A DNA stretch of 31,200 nucleotides from Planctomycetaceae bacterium (GCA_009691925.1 SIAG01000001.1:1-31200); one strand, 5' to 3'; shown: positions 18,041 to 26,407, counted from the first letter of the stretch. Numbers and translations are program-made. The notes: a model not told the origin generated them from the sequence alone.

Positions 18041-18150
18041 GCGTCGGCCTGGCGGGGCGGATCATGAGGAGCAACATCCGGGACCGGTCGGCCTGGATGC
18101 GACCCGACCGTGGAGGAGCCGAGGCTCGCGACGAACCCGGTGTTGGCTCG

Positions 18151-18320
18151 CGGACGCCCGCCAAGTGAACACGAGCCGGACGCTCGTGGTTGGCGTGCAG
18201 TTCCCGAGTACACGCAGCTGCGGAAGCTGTAATCGCGGCTTCAGGGCCGGAGGCCCGTGTGTCTTGCCAGCGGGCGGATGCCCGCCAAGCGAACACGAGC
18301 CGGACGCTCGTGGTTCGCGT
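18151..18320. repeat. Diverged 124-bp-period copy of the same multi-hairpin unit (about 1.4 units)
   Basis: GAACACGAGCCGGACGCTCGTGGTT at 18167-18191 and 18291-18315. 18205-18319 aligns to 15755-15870 with 8 substitutions plus a replaced 8/9-nt block after the stop codon. Confidence 0.93.
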
Positions 18321-18332
18321 GAAGCCTCAGCC

Positions 18333-19694
18333 TCAGGCCACGCGGGCGATGACGCACTTGAGGTATTCCCCCTCGAGGCAGCTGGCGCTGACGGGGTGAT
18401 CGGGGGCGGCGCCGCGGCATTCGAGCATGGCGATCTGGCGGCCGCTCCGCTGGGCCACCGCGGAGAGCATCTCGAGGAAGTCGTCGCGCGAGACGCTCCC
18501 CGAGCAGGAACAGCTGACGAGGATCCCCCCCGGCTCGAGGAGATCGACCGCGACGCGGTTGATGCGGTGGTAGGCCCGCAGGGCCTCTTCGATGGCGCCG
18601 CGGCTGCGGGCGAACTTCGGCGGATCGAGGATCACCATCCCGAACTTTTCACCGGTGGCGGCCAGGCTGTCGATCCGCGCAAAAGCGTCGGCTGTCTCCA
18701 CCGCGACGTTCGCCGCGCCGTTGAAGTCGGCGTTGGCCCGGGCCAGCGCCGTCGCCTTAGCGCTGCCGTCGACGGCGAGCACGCTCCTGGCCGAGCCGGT
18801 GATGGCGCAGGTGACGGCGAAGCCGCCGGAGTAGCAAAAGAGATCGAGGACGCGGCGGTCGCGGGCGAGGAGCGCGGCGGCACGCCGATTCTCACGCTGG
18901 TCGAGGTAGAAGCCTGTCTTCTGCCCTTCGGTGAGATCGACGCCCCAGGAGAGGCTCCCCTCGCGGATGAAGACCGGCCCTTCCGGAGCGGTGCCGCGGA
19001 TGACCCGGTCGGGGAGATGGAGCCCCTCGAGCTTCGAAAGGCCCCGGTCGGCGCCCCGCAGAAGGATCCCGGCCGGTTTCACCGCCGCTTCGAGAGCGTC
19101 GCAGATCGCGTCGAGGCGACCGGCCATGGCCAGGCCCGTCACCTGAATGGCGAGATGGTCGCCGTAGCGATCGACGACAAGCCCGGAGAGATCATCTCCT
19201 TCGCTGTTGATCAGCCGCGCGGCGCCGGAGCGGTCGTCGAGCCCCAGCGTCCGGCGAAGGGCGATGGCAGCATCGATCCGCGATCGCCAGAAGGGGGCGT
19301 CGAGCGGCACGTCGGATTCAAAGGCGTAGAGCCTGACGCGGAGCCGGCTCGAGGCATTCCAAATCCCGCGGGCGATAAACCGCCCCTCGTGCGTGGCCAG
19401 ATCGACGACATCGCCGTCGGCGGGGGTCCCTTCAACGCGGTCGATGGCGGTGTCGAGGACCCAGGGATGGCGCCCGAAGAACGGTCGCGCCCGCTTCGCC
19501 TTCACCAGCACCGTCGCCGTGGGAAGGCCGGGCTCGTCGGTGGCGCGGGCCGCCGGCGGTGGGGGCGGCGCGGGGGGCCGTTCATCGCGACGCCGCCCCT
19601 CGGGGGCGGAGTCACTCCGATGGCGCTGGTCTTTGGCATCGTGCCGTGGGCCCGATCCCGGCTTCCTGCCGAGGCGGCGCCTGCCTTCAGGCAT
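18333..19694 (-). CDS. rlmI: Class I SAM-dependent rRNA methyltransferase, RlmI (m5C1962) family, about 453 aa
   Basis: PUA-like RHPWV...GDVV, NSEGDDLSGLVVDRY, GQKTGFYLDQRENR, VLDLFCYSGGF, ILDPPKF and EGEYLK motifs. ATG 19694 overlaps the MMPL stop (ATGCCTGA). Confidence 0.85.
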   Translation of the reverse strand: MPEGRRRLGRKPGSGPRHDAKDQRHRSDSAPEGRRRDERPPAPPPPPAARATDEPGLPTATVLVKAKRARPFFGRHPWVLDTAIDRVEGTPADGDVVDLATHEGRFIARGIWNASSRLRVRLYAFESDVPLDAPFWRSRIDAAIALRRTLGLDDRSGAARLINSEGDDLSGLVVDRYGDHLAIQVTGLAMAGRLDAICDALEAAVKPAGILLRGADRGLSKLEGLHLPDRVIRGTAPEGPVFIREGSLSWGVDLTEGQKTGFYLDQRENRRAAALLARDRRVLDLFCYSGGFAVTCAITGSARSVLAVDGSAKATALARANADFNGAANVAVETADAFARIDSLAATGEKFGMVILDPPKFARSRGAIEEALRAYHRINRVAVDLLEPGGILVSCSCSGSVSRDDFLEMLSAVAQRSGRQIAMLECRGAAPDHPVSASCLEGEYLKCVIARVA

Positions 19695-22209
19695 GCACGA
19701 CCTGCTTAGCCTGACCGGGGAGGACATGGGGGGGAGAAAGTTCGTCGCTCCCCGCATCCTCCTTCACGGTCGTCCGGCCGTTGCGGAGCGCCTTGTTGCG
19801 TTCGATCCGCAGCACGCTCCAACTGAAGACGGCTCCGAGGGGGCCGGAGAGGAGCGCGGGCATGAAGACGAGGTTGCCGACCAGGGCGATGGTCAGCATC
19901 GCGAGCATCATGTAGCCGAAACGCTGCGTCGGGCCGAACGGCGAGAGTGAGAACACCGACAGACCGATGCCGATCACACCCCAGCTTTGGTACATCGCGC
20001 GGGCACAGCCCTTGTAGGCGAGCATCGTCGCCTGTTTGCGGTCGAGCCCGTCGGCGATCCCGCGGCGGAACCAGAGCATGAAGTGGACGACGTCGTCGAC
20101 GGTCACGCCCAGCGCCACGCTCGGCGCCATCACCGTGCCGATATCAATGAGGAGATGGCCGTCGGCATAGGCCTTGAGGAGGTGGTTGCCCCAGCCCATC
20201 GCCCCGAACACCATGACTGCCGGGAAGGCGGCGGGGAGGAGAAGAACGAGCCCCGCCGACGTTGCCCGGCAGAGGAGGATCATGACCGCGACGATGATCG
20301 CGAAATCCCAGATGAAGCCAATTTTGAGACCGTCGAGGAGCGAGTGCTGGGCCTTATAGACCAGCGGCACCAGCCCCGTGTAATCGACCGAAACGCCATC
20401 GATCCCCTTCTCGGTCATCCTGGCGAGGATCGGGTCGATCTTCGTCTGGAGATCGGCCTTGAAATCGGCGTAGTCGACCTCCTTGACGGCGCTGACGCGG
20501 GCGCTGATCCGCCACAGTTCCTGCTCGCGGCCGTCGTCGAGGACGGCGTCGCGGAGGTAGTCGCCGGCGAGGAAGTCCTCACGGTGGGCCAAGAGCCGCC
20601 GATTGAGAACGTTGCGCTTCGTCCGGGCGCCGAGGCCAAAGGCCCGGGCAGCCGCCCCGCCGATCCCCTCGCCGCCGTCGCCGGTCTCGAGGCTGCGGCC
20701 GAACGTGACGGTGGAAAGCGAGCTTCCGACTTCGGCGAGCGCGCCGATCTCCGACTGGATCTCGCCGACGAGCTCCATTCGCTCGAGGAAATTGAGCGGG
20801 CAGGTCTTTTGGTCGATGCGGACGAGGATCTCCATCGGCACCAGCGGTCCGAGATGGGTCTCGAGCCAGCGGTAGTCTTCGCGGATCCGCGCCTTGGGGG
20901 AGAACAACCGCATCAGCTGGACGCTGCTCTCCACCTTCGTCATCCCATAGCCGACGCCGGCCATCACGAGCAGGCAGGCGACGGTAACGAGGCCGTTGTT
21001 TCGCGTCACCCACTCGCCGGCACGCCACCAGCGGCTGTTCTCCATCGAGCCGAGATCGACCCCCTCGCCTTCGTCGGTCGAATGGCCAGCGAGGTTCGGG
21101 GGAAAGAGCTCGAGAGCGGCGGGCATGAAGAAGACGAGGATCAGGAAGCTCACCACCACGCCGACGGCCGAGAAGATGCCGAACATCCGGATCGGCACCA
21201 GCTCGCTGACGGCCAGTGTGGCCAGGCCGATGGCCGTCGTGCCGGTGGCCAGCGACAGCGGCAGGAGAGCGTGATGGACCGAGCGTCCGGCCGCCCCCTC
21301 CTGAATGCCGGTCTCGGCGATCTGGTCGCGATAGTAGTTGGCCAGATGGATCGCTCCGCTCGTGGTGGCGACATACACCAGCGACGGCATCGTGAGGAGG
21401 ATCGCATCGACGGGGTAGCCCGAGTACCAGACCACCGCGAGGCTCGCGAACATGCTGTACACGCCGGAGGCGAGCACCAAACCGACCAGCAGTTTGCTCT
21501 TCAGGCTCCACCAGCTGACGAAAAACCCGACCACGAGTGAGAGGCCGAAGAGGATCGTGACGCTCGTCTGGCCGGCCTTGTCGATCGAGACGTTGTCGAC
21601 CGGCGGGCCACCCATGTGGAGGGTAGCGGCCGGGATGCCGCATTCCTTCGTCGCCACTTCCTGGATCGTGTCGATGGCGCCATGGAGATTGGCACGGGCG
21701 GTGTCGGAGAGCGTCAGGACGAGGCACGTCTGGCGCAGCTCGGGATCGTCGGGGAGCGGTTCGCCCGTGGCCGACTTCGGCGGCGCACCGATGATCGCCC
21801 CGGTAAGACGCTCGATCGCCTCTTCGCGGTCGAGGTTGAGTGGTTCGGCCATCATCAAGTCGACGGCCCGCGGACCGGTCTGGGCCGATTTGTAATAGAG
21901 CGGCCGATCGATACGCGAGGCTTCCTCCGGCGGGGGGAGGAGTTTCTTCGCCAGCAACTCGAGCCTGGGATCGGCCATCGTGCAGCCGTCCCACGACACG
22001 AGGATGAACTCCTCGCCGGCAAAATTGCGGCGGAAGAACCGGTAGACCTGCGTCTCCGGGTATTCCAGCGGCAGCCAACCCTTGACGTCGTTGCGGTTGT
22101 TCCCTTTTGCCTTCACCGCCCCCACCAACACCAGTGGCAGCAGGAACAGCAGGACCGCCATGATTGCGACGCTGTACCGCTGATAGAAGTTGTTGCGGGA
22201 GTGCGTCAT
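19687..22209 (-). CDS. MMPL/RND-family transporter, about 840 aa
   Basis: Two repeats of (TM, periplasmic loop, 5 TM). GGPPVD and TGLVPLVY loop-end motifs, GVTVDDVVHF motif, GPTQRFG. Start at ATG 22209 or GTG 22212. Confidence 0.88.
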   Translation of the reverse strand: MTHSRNNFYQRYSVAIMAVLLFLLPLVLVGAVKAKGNNRNDVKGWLPLEYPETQVYRFFRRNFAGEEFILVSWDGCTMADPRLELLAKKLLPPPEEASRIDRPLYYKSAQTGPRAVDLMMAEPLNLDREEAIERLTGAIIGAPPKSATGEPLPDDPELRQTCLVLTLSDTARANLHGAIDTIQEVATKECGIPAATLHMGGPPVDNVSIDKAGQTSVTILFGLSLVVGFFVSWWSLKSKLLVGLVLASGVYSMFASLAVVWYSGYPVDAILLTMPSLVYVATTSGAIHLANYYRDQIAETGIQEGAAGRSVHHALLPLSLATGTTAIGLATLAVSELVPIRMFGIFSAVGVVVSFLILVFFMPAALELFPPNLAGHSTDEGEGVDLGSMENSRWWRAGEWVTRNNGLVTVACLLVMAGVGYGMTKVESSVQLMRLFSPKARIREDYRWLETHLGPLVPMEILVRIDQKTCPLNFLERMELVGEIQSEIGALAEVGSSLSTVTFGRSLETGDGGEGIGGAAARAFGLGARTKRNVLNRRLLAHREDFLAGDYLRDAVLDDGREQELWRISARVSAVKEVDYADFKADLQTKIDPILARMTEKGIDGVSVDYTGLVPLVYKAQHSLLDGLKIGFIWDFAIIVAVMILLCRATSAGLVLLLPAAFPAVMVFGAMGWGNHLLKAYADGHLLIDIGTVMAPSVALGVTVDDVVHFMLWFRRGIADGLDRKQATMLAYKGCARAMYQSWGVIGIGLSVFSLSPFGPTQRFGYMMLAMLTIALVGNLVFMPALLSGPLGAVFSWSVLRIERNKALRNGRTTVKEDAGSDELSPPHVLPGQAKQVVHA

Positions 22210-22450
22210 CACGCCGTTGATGCTCGGGGCCGAGGGACGGGCAGTAGCTCAAGGTGCGCTGTCCGAACACGCAACCGTACAGGGCAAAGGCGCGCCAGTC
22301 CATATCGCCTGCCCCCGCCGAATCGAGGTTCTGAGTCCATCGACCGAGCGCAAGTGTCTTGGAGCGAAGAACTTCCGTCGCACGCAGGGTCTTCCCAGCC
22401 GGCACAGTCAGCGTGTCTTGCCAGTGAGAAAATGGGAAAACCAGGGCCGT

Positions 22451-22813
22451 TTACCCTTCTGTGTGGGGGTTTCTCTCGTGTTCCTCCAGGGGCCCGGACG
22501 GGGTCTGGTCCGCGCTCGGCACATCCGGGGCGGGGGGAGAGGGAGCGATCTCCCGGGCGGTCCACGAGCCTTTGTGCGCCCCGTCGCAGAAAGGCTTTCG
22601 GGCGGAGTGGCCACAGCGGCAGAGGGCCAGCGGTCGGCCGGCGGGGAGCGGGTGCTCCCGCCCTTCGTGGTCGGTGACGCGGAGGCTGAGGCCGAGATCG
22701 GGACAGTCGGCGGAGAGTTCCACGACCAGCGGGCCATCGATCCGGCAGCGGATCGTCACGCTTCGGGGTGGGAGCGGCCGCTGCGGGGGGCGGGGAGCGT
22801 CGCCGTGGCTCAT
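22451..22813 (-). CDS. CDGSH iron-sulfur domain protein, 120 aa
   Basis: LCRCGHSARKPFCDGAH fits C-X-C-X2-S-X3-P-X-C-D-G-(S/A/T)-H, with upstream TIRCRIDGPLVV. ATGA overlap with the upstream gene. It is the C-terminal part of track ORF 22451..23275. Confidence 0.9.
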   Translation of the reverse strand: MSHGDAPRPPQRPLPPRSVTIRCRIDGPLVVELSADCPDLGLSLRVTDHEGREHPLPAGRPLALCRCGHSARKPFCDGAHKGSWTAREIAPSPPAPDVPSADQTPSGPLEEHERNPHTEG

Positions 22814-23208
22814 AACGCCAGCGGGGGCTGGGGAAGGCGGTCGACGGTCTCGGCGCCGGTGTCGGCCGTGGTCCCCTCCTCGGCGCCGACGCCCGGTCCC
22901 AATTCGTTCGGAGAGGGGGGGCGGAATCCGACCGGGGCCGGTGGCGGCGGGGCGGCCGGCCGGCGGGCCGCCAGGGCGACGTTCACCACCACAGCGAAGA
23001 CCACCCCGGCGAGGAGGGCGGCGGCAAAGCCTCCCCACAGCCATCCGGAGGGGGGAGGTGGCGTGGTGCCGCCGAGGTCCTCGCGCGCCTCGGCCACCTC
23101 CTCGGCAACCCGGTCCGATTCGAGGCGCTTCCATTCGACGTCGACGGCCAATTCGTCGGCTTTTGACGCGGCGGCGGGTGGTCCCGGCGGGTTGGAGCGC
23201 TGCTTCAT
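22810..23208 (-). CDS. Hypothetical single-pass membrane protein, 132 aa
   Basis: One hydrophobic helix (WLWGGFAAALLAGVVFAVVVNVALAA) between charged and Pro-rich segments. The stop is coupled to the CDGSH start. Confidence 0.65.
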   Translation of the reverse strand: MKQRSNPPGPPAAASKADELAVDVEWKRLESDRVAEEVAEAREDLGGTTPPPPSGWLWGGFAAALLAGVVFAVVVNVALAARRPAAPPPPAPVGFRPPSPNELGPGVGAEEGTTADTGAETVDRLPQPPLAL

Positions 23209-23221
23209 GGCGGGACCTAAA

Positions 23222-23259
23222 GCGAGAACTAGGGCGAGAACTAGGGCGAGAACTAGGGC
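23222..23259. repeat. 12-bp tandem repeat GCGAGAACTAGG x3
   Basis: Perfect units at 23222, 23234 and 23246, 13 nt upstream of the 132-aa gene start. Confidence 0.93.
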
Positions 23260-23311
23260 AACCCCGCTGCATCAACGGGTGGAAGAAGTTTGCCTGCCGG
23301 GATGACGTCCG

Positions 23312-24394
23312 TCAAAGCCGCCCCCCGGCACTGATCCCTCCCGGGCCATCGGGGGTGCCGTCCCAGGGATGCCGCGGCGGTTGCCGGCCGATCCACCACC
23401 ACAGTCCCCCCGCCAGACTGATGAGGATCAGCGCCACGACCTGGGAAATCGAGAATGGCGTGCCAAGGGCGGGGGCCTCGTCGATTCGGATCATCTCGAG
23501 AAAAAAGCGCGAGATCGGGTGAAGCGTGAGCACGAGTGCGAACACGGCGCCGTCCCGTTTTGCAAGCGGGGTGAAGGCAACCGCCAGCCAGGCGAGGATC
23601 GCGGCGTCGACCGTCGCGTAGAGCTGGGCCGGATGGATGGGGAGGCTCCAGGGGCGGGCCCCTGCCGGCAGCGGCGGAACCAGCCCCCGCGCCGCCTGAT
23701 CGAGCCAGGGAGGGCTGTCCGGGGGGAAGCGGACGGCCCAGGGAAGATCACAGAGGCCGCCGAAGCAGCAGCCATTGAGAAAACAGCCGATCCGGCCGAT
23801 GGCCAGGCCGAGGAGCAGGCCCGGCGCGATGCAGTCGGCCAGGCGGGGCAGCGACAGGCCACGCCGCACCGAGAATCGCCACGCCGCCAGCGCGGAAGTG
23901 GGGATCGACCCGAACACCGTCAGCCCCCCGGCGGCGACATTGAGCACGCCGGGAAGCCCAGCCAGCAGGCTCCGCCCCGGCGGGAAGAACTGATCGTGGT
24001 ATTCGATCACATGGAACAACCGGGCACCGACGATGCCCCACAAGAAGACCTCGAGCCCGAGGGCGAGGATCGTGTCGGCATCGTAGCCGGCGCGGCGGCC
24101 GCGGAGGATCGACAGCCACGTTCCCGCCGCCGCCGCCAGGAGGAGCATCACGCCGTAGCCGCGCACCGGGACCCCCGCACCGTCGTCGAGCGCGGGGAGC
24201 AACCAGAGGATCATCGCGCCGGCCAGTGCCAGCGGGAGCCCGAGCCCCAGGAGGGCCTCACGGGCGCCGGTCCTGCGCCAGGCATAACCCAGCCCAACCA
24301 CACCGGCCACGGCCCAGACGGCCAGGAGCAGACCCCAGCCAAAGACCGGCAGTCCGCCGAGATCCGCGGGGAGATGGAAGAGGGTGGAGTGCAC
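23312..24394 (-). CDS. lgt: Prolipoprotein diacylglyceryl transferase, about 360 aa
   Basis: YGVMLLLA, GARLFHV, GGLTVFG, IGRIGCFLNGCCFG, HPAQLY and RFFLEMIR motifs. GTG 24394 inside track ORF 23312..24727. Confidence 0.92.
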   Translation of the reverse strand: MHSTLFHLPADLGGLPVFGWGLLLAVWAVAGVVGLGYAWRRTGAREALLGLGLPLALAGAMILWLLPALDDGAGVPVRGYGVMLLLAAAAGTWLSILRGRRAGYDADTILALGLEVFLWGIVGARLFHVIEYHDQFFPPGRSLLAGLPGVLNVAAGGLTVFGSIPTSALAAWRFSVRRGLSLPRLADCIAPGLLLGLAIGRIGCFLNGCCFGGLCDLPWAVRFPPDSPPWLDQAARGLVPPLPAGARPWSLPIHPAQLYATVDAAILAWLAVAFTPLAKRDGAVFALVLTLHPISRFFLEMIRIDEAPALGTPFSISQVVALILISLAGGLWWWIGRQPPRHPWDGTPDGPGGISAGGRL

Positions 24395-24446
24395 GGCGGC
24401 AGGGATCCAGGACGGGCGGCGGCCGCCGCAGGGGAACCGGAGCGCT

Positions 24447-25313
24447 TCAGGGGCGCGGCGGCAGGAGAAGGTTGTCGAGGAGGCGGGTGGTGCCGACGCG
24501 GCCGGCAACGAGGGCGACGGCGGCGCCGCCGGGCCGGGGGGAAACGAGTGACTCCGGATCGACCACCCGCGCGTACTCGACCGGGACGTCGCGGGCGCGG
24601 AGGGCGGCTCGGATCGCCTCCTCGACCAGCGCCACGTCATCGCCTGCCTGCCAGTGCCTGGCCGCCGACTCGAGCCCTTCGTGGAGCGCCACCGCCCGCC
24701 GCCGCTCGGCGGGAGAGAGGTAGGCATTGCGCGAGCTCATCGCCAGGCCGTCGGGCTCGCGGACGGTAGGGCAGACCTCGATGGCGATCGGGATCGCGAG
24801 GTCGGCGACCATCCGCCGGACGACGACGGTCTGCTGCCAGTCCTTCGCGCCGAAGTAGGCGGCATCGGCGGCGACGACGTTGAACAGCCAGCAGACAACG
24901 GTGGCCACACCGGCAAAGTGCCCCGGACGGATCGCCCCCTCGAAGTCGGCCGCGGGAGCAGCGACGACGACGCTCGTGGCATGGCCGGCGGGGTAAGCTG
25001 TCGACGCCTCCGGCAGAAATACCCACCGCGCCCCGCTGGCCCCCAGCAGCGCTAGGTCGGCAGGGAGCGTCCGCGGGTAGCGGGCCAGATCCTCGCGGGG
25101 GCCGAACTGCTTCGGGTTGACGAAGATCGAGACGACGACATCGTCGCACTCCACACAGGCGCGCTCGACGAGGCTGGCGTGGCCGGCGTGGAGCGCGCCC
25201 ATCGTCGGCACGAAGCCGACCCGTCGGCCGGCGCGGCGGGCGGCGAGGATCGTGTCGCGCATCAGGCAGGGCTCGGCCACGACGAGCGGTGCCGGTGAGG
25301 AAGGGGTATTCAT
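24447..25313 (-). CDS. panC: Pantoate--beta-alanine ligase, 288 aa
   Basis: GFVPTMGALHAGH, VSIFVNPKQF, RPGHFAGV, YFGAKDWQQ, REPDGLAMSSRN and TRLLDN motifs. Confidence 0.97.
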   Translation of the reverse strand: MNTPSSPAPLVVAEPCLMRDTILAARRAGRRVGFVPTMGALHAGHASLVERACVECDDVVVSIFVNPKQFGPREDLARYPRTLPADLALLGASGARWVFLPEASTAYPAGHATSVVVAAPAADFEGAIRPGHFAGVATVVCWLFNVVAADAAYFGAKDWQQTVVVRRMVADLAIPIAIEVCPTVREPDGLAMSSRNAYLSPAERRRAVALHEGLESAARHWQAGDDVALVEEAIRAALRARDVPVEYARVVDPESLVSPRPGGAAVALVAGRVGTTRLLDNLLLPPRP

Positions 25314-26407
25314 CCCGTTGCCTCCACCGCAGCAATCGCCTCATCGATGGCCCGGCCGAGGTCGTCCGCCCCGACGACGACGACGGCCAGCGGTCCGTTG
25401 CCACCGCGCGTCCCGCACCGCAGGCGCGTTAGGAGCCGCTCCTGGAGGCGCACGAGACCGGCGGTCGGATCGCTCCCCGGGCTCCCCAGCTCGGCGAAGA
25501 GGTTCGTGGCCTGCTCGCGGCCGGCGGCGTGGCAGGTGAGCCGTGCGGCGAGGGCTTCTGGCGAGGCTCGCAGCAGGATCGCGACATGCGGTGCCACCGT
25601 CCGGGCCGACGCCGCGCCATAGTCGGCCTGGAAGCGCTCCAGGGCCGACGGGGCGAGTGCGTCTTCGGCAGCCACCAGGAGCGTTCCGAGCCAGTAGTCG
25701 GTGACGGTGCCGTGTGGATCGTCGGGCCAGCTGGCAGTCTCTAGCGCCGCGGCGCAGGCCGAGAGCGCGTCGCTCCACGGCAAGGTGGCGGCGACGCCGG
25801 AGCGGGAGGGCTTCCAGGGGAGCGCCCGTGGAGCATGGACGAGGCGCGCCAGCGTGGCATCGGCAATGGCGCTGGCCACCTCGGCCGCACCCGCCCCCGG
25901 CACGCCGACGACGGCCACGTGAAGGTGCGGGTGCGAGATGTTGTCGAGGAGCTCACGGAGGCTGCCGCCGGAGAGAGGGTGGCGGAGATCTGGGGCGATC
26001 TCAACGGCAGGCTCGAGCACGAACCGGCGCGTCGACATCCGCGGGTGGGGGATCGTCAAGGCGGCGCCGGCGACGATGCTGTCGTCGAGCACGAGTTGGT
26101 CGTAGAGAAGGATGTCGAGATCGAGCGTCCGCGGGCCCCAGCGCTCCGTCCGGTCGCGGTGGAGCGTGTTCTCGACCGCGGCGAGCACGCCGAGGAGCTC
26201 GTGCGGCCCCAGCTCCGTCTCGACCAGGCAGGCACCGTTGAGGAACGGGGCCTGATCGGGAGGGCCACCGATCGGCCTGGTCTCGCGGTGTCGGCTCACC
26301 GTCCGCAGCGTGATGCCGGGCATCACGCCGAGGAGCTCGATAGCGTGATCGAGTTGCTCGCGCCGGGCCCCCTGATTGGAACCGCATCCGATCAGGCAGC
26401 AGGCCAT
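25310..26407 (-). CDS. folK: HPPK (FolK) with a C-terminal deoxynucleoside-kinase-like extension, about 365 aa
   Basis: IGCGSNQG, FLNGA, RWGPRTLDLDILLY and PHPRMSTRRFVLEP motifs in the first about 155 aa, followed by about 200 extra aa. ATGA overlap with panC. Confidence 0.9.
   Translation of the reverse strand: MACCLIGCGSNQGARREQLDHAIELLGVMPGITLRTVSRHRETRPIGGPPDQAPFLNGACLVETELGPHELLGVLAAVENTLHRDRTERWGPRTLDLDILLYDQLVLDDSIVAGAALTIPHPRMSTRRFVLEPAVEIAPDLRHPLSGGSLRELLDNISHPHLHVAVVGVPGAGAAEVASAIADATLARLVHAPRALPWKPSRSGVAATLPWSDALSACAAALETASWPDDPHGTVTDYWLGTLLVAAEDALAPSALERFQADYGAASARTVAPHVAILLRASPEALAARLTCHAAGREQATNLFAELGSPGSDPTAGLVRLQERLLTRLRCGTRGGNGPLAVVVVGADDLGRAIDEAIAAVEATG

Larger units (their letters stand above)
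15996..18150. mobile_element. Small AT-richer accessory insert (2155 bp) between imperfect 45-bp direct repeats; no integrase or transposase inside
   Basis: Flanks 15951-15995 and 18151-18195 match at 41/45. Spot GC counts on 60-nt lines are 57% (16561), 47% (16801) and 40% (16921), versus 65% (18601) and 75% (19201) in the flank. Contains an orphan gene and a toxin-antitoxin remnant. Confidence 0.6.

Noticed and set aside
15996-18150. Integron cassette array
   Set aside because: The cargo type fits, but I could not find RYYYAAC...GTTRRRY attC boundaries next to the genes, and there is no intI. An IntegronFinder run would settle it.
15755-18320. CRISPR array or type III toxin-antitoxin RNA repeats
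   Set aside because: The DNA between the 30-nt hairpins is itself conserved and about 95 nt long, so it is not spacers. The toxin has a protein antitoxin, and the units are far longer than ToxI-type repeats.
18165-21540. Plus-strand ORFs 18165..19709 and 19987..21540
   Set aside because: Antisense shadows of the rlmI-like and MMPL genes.
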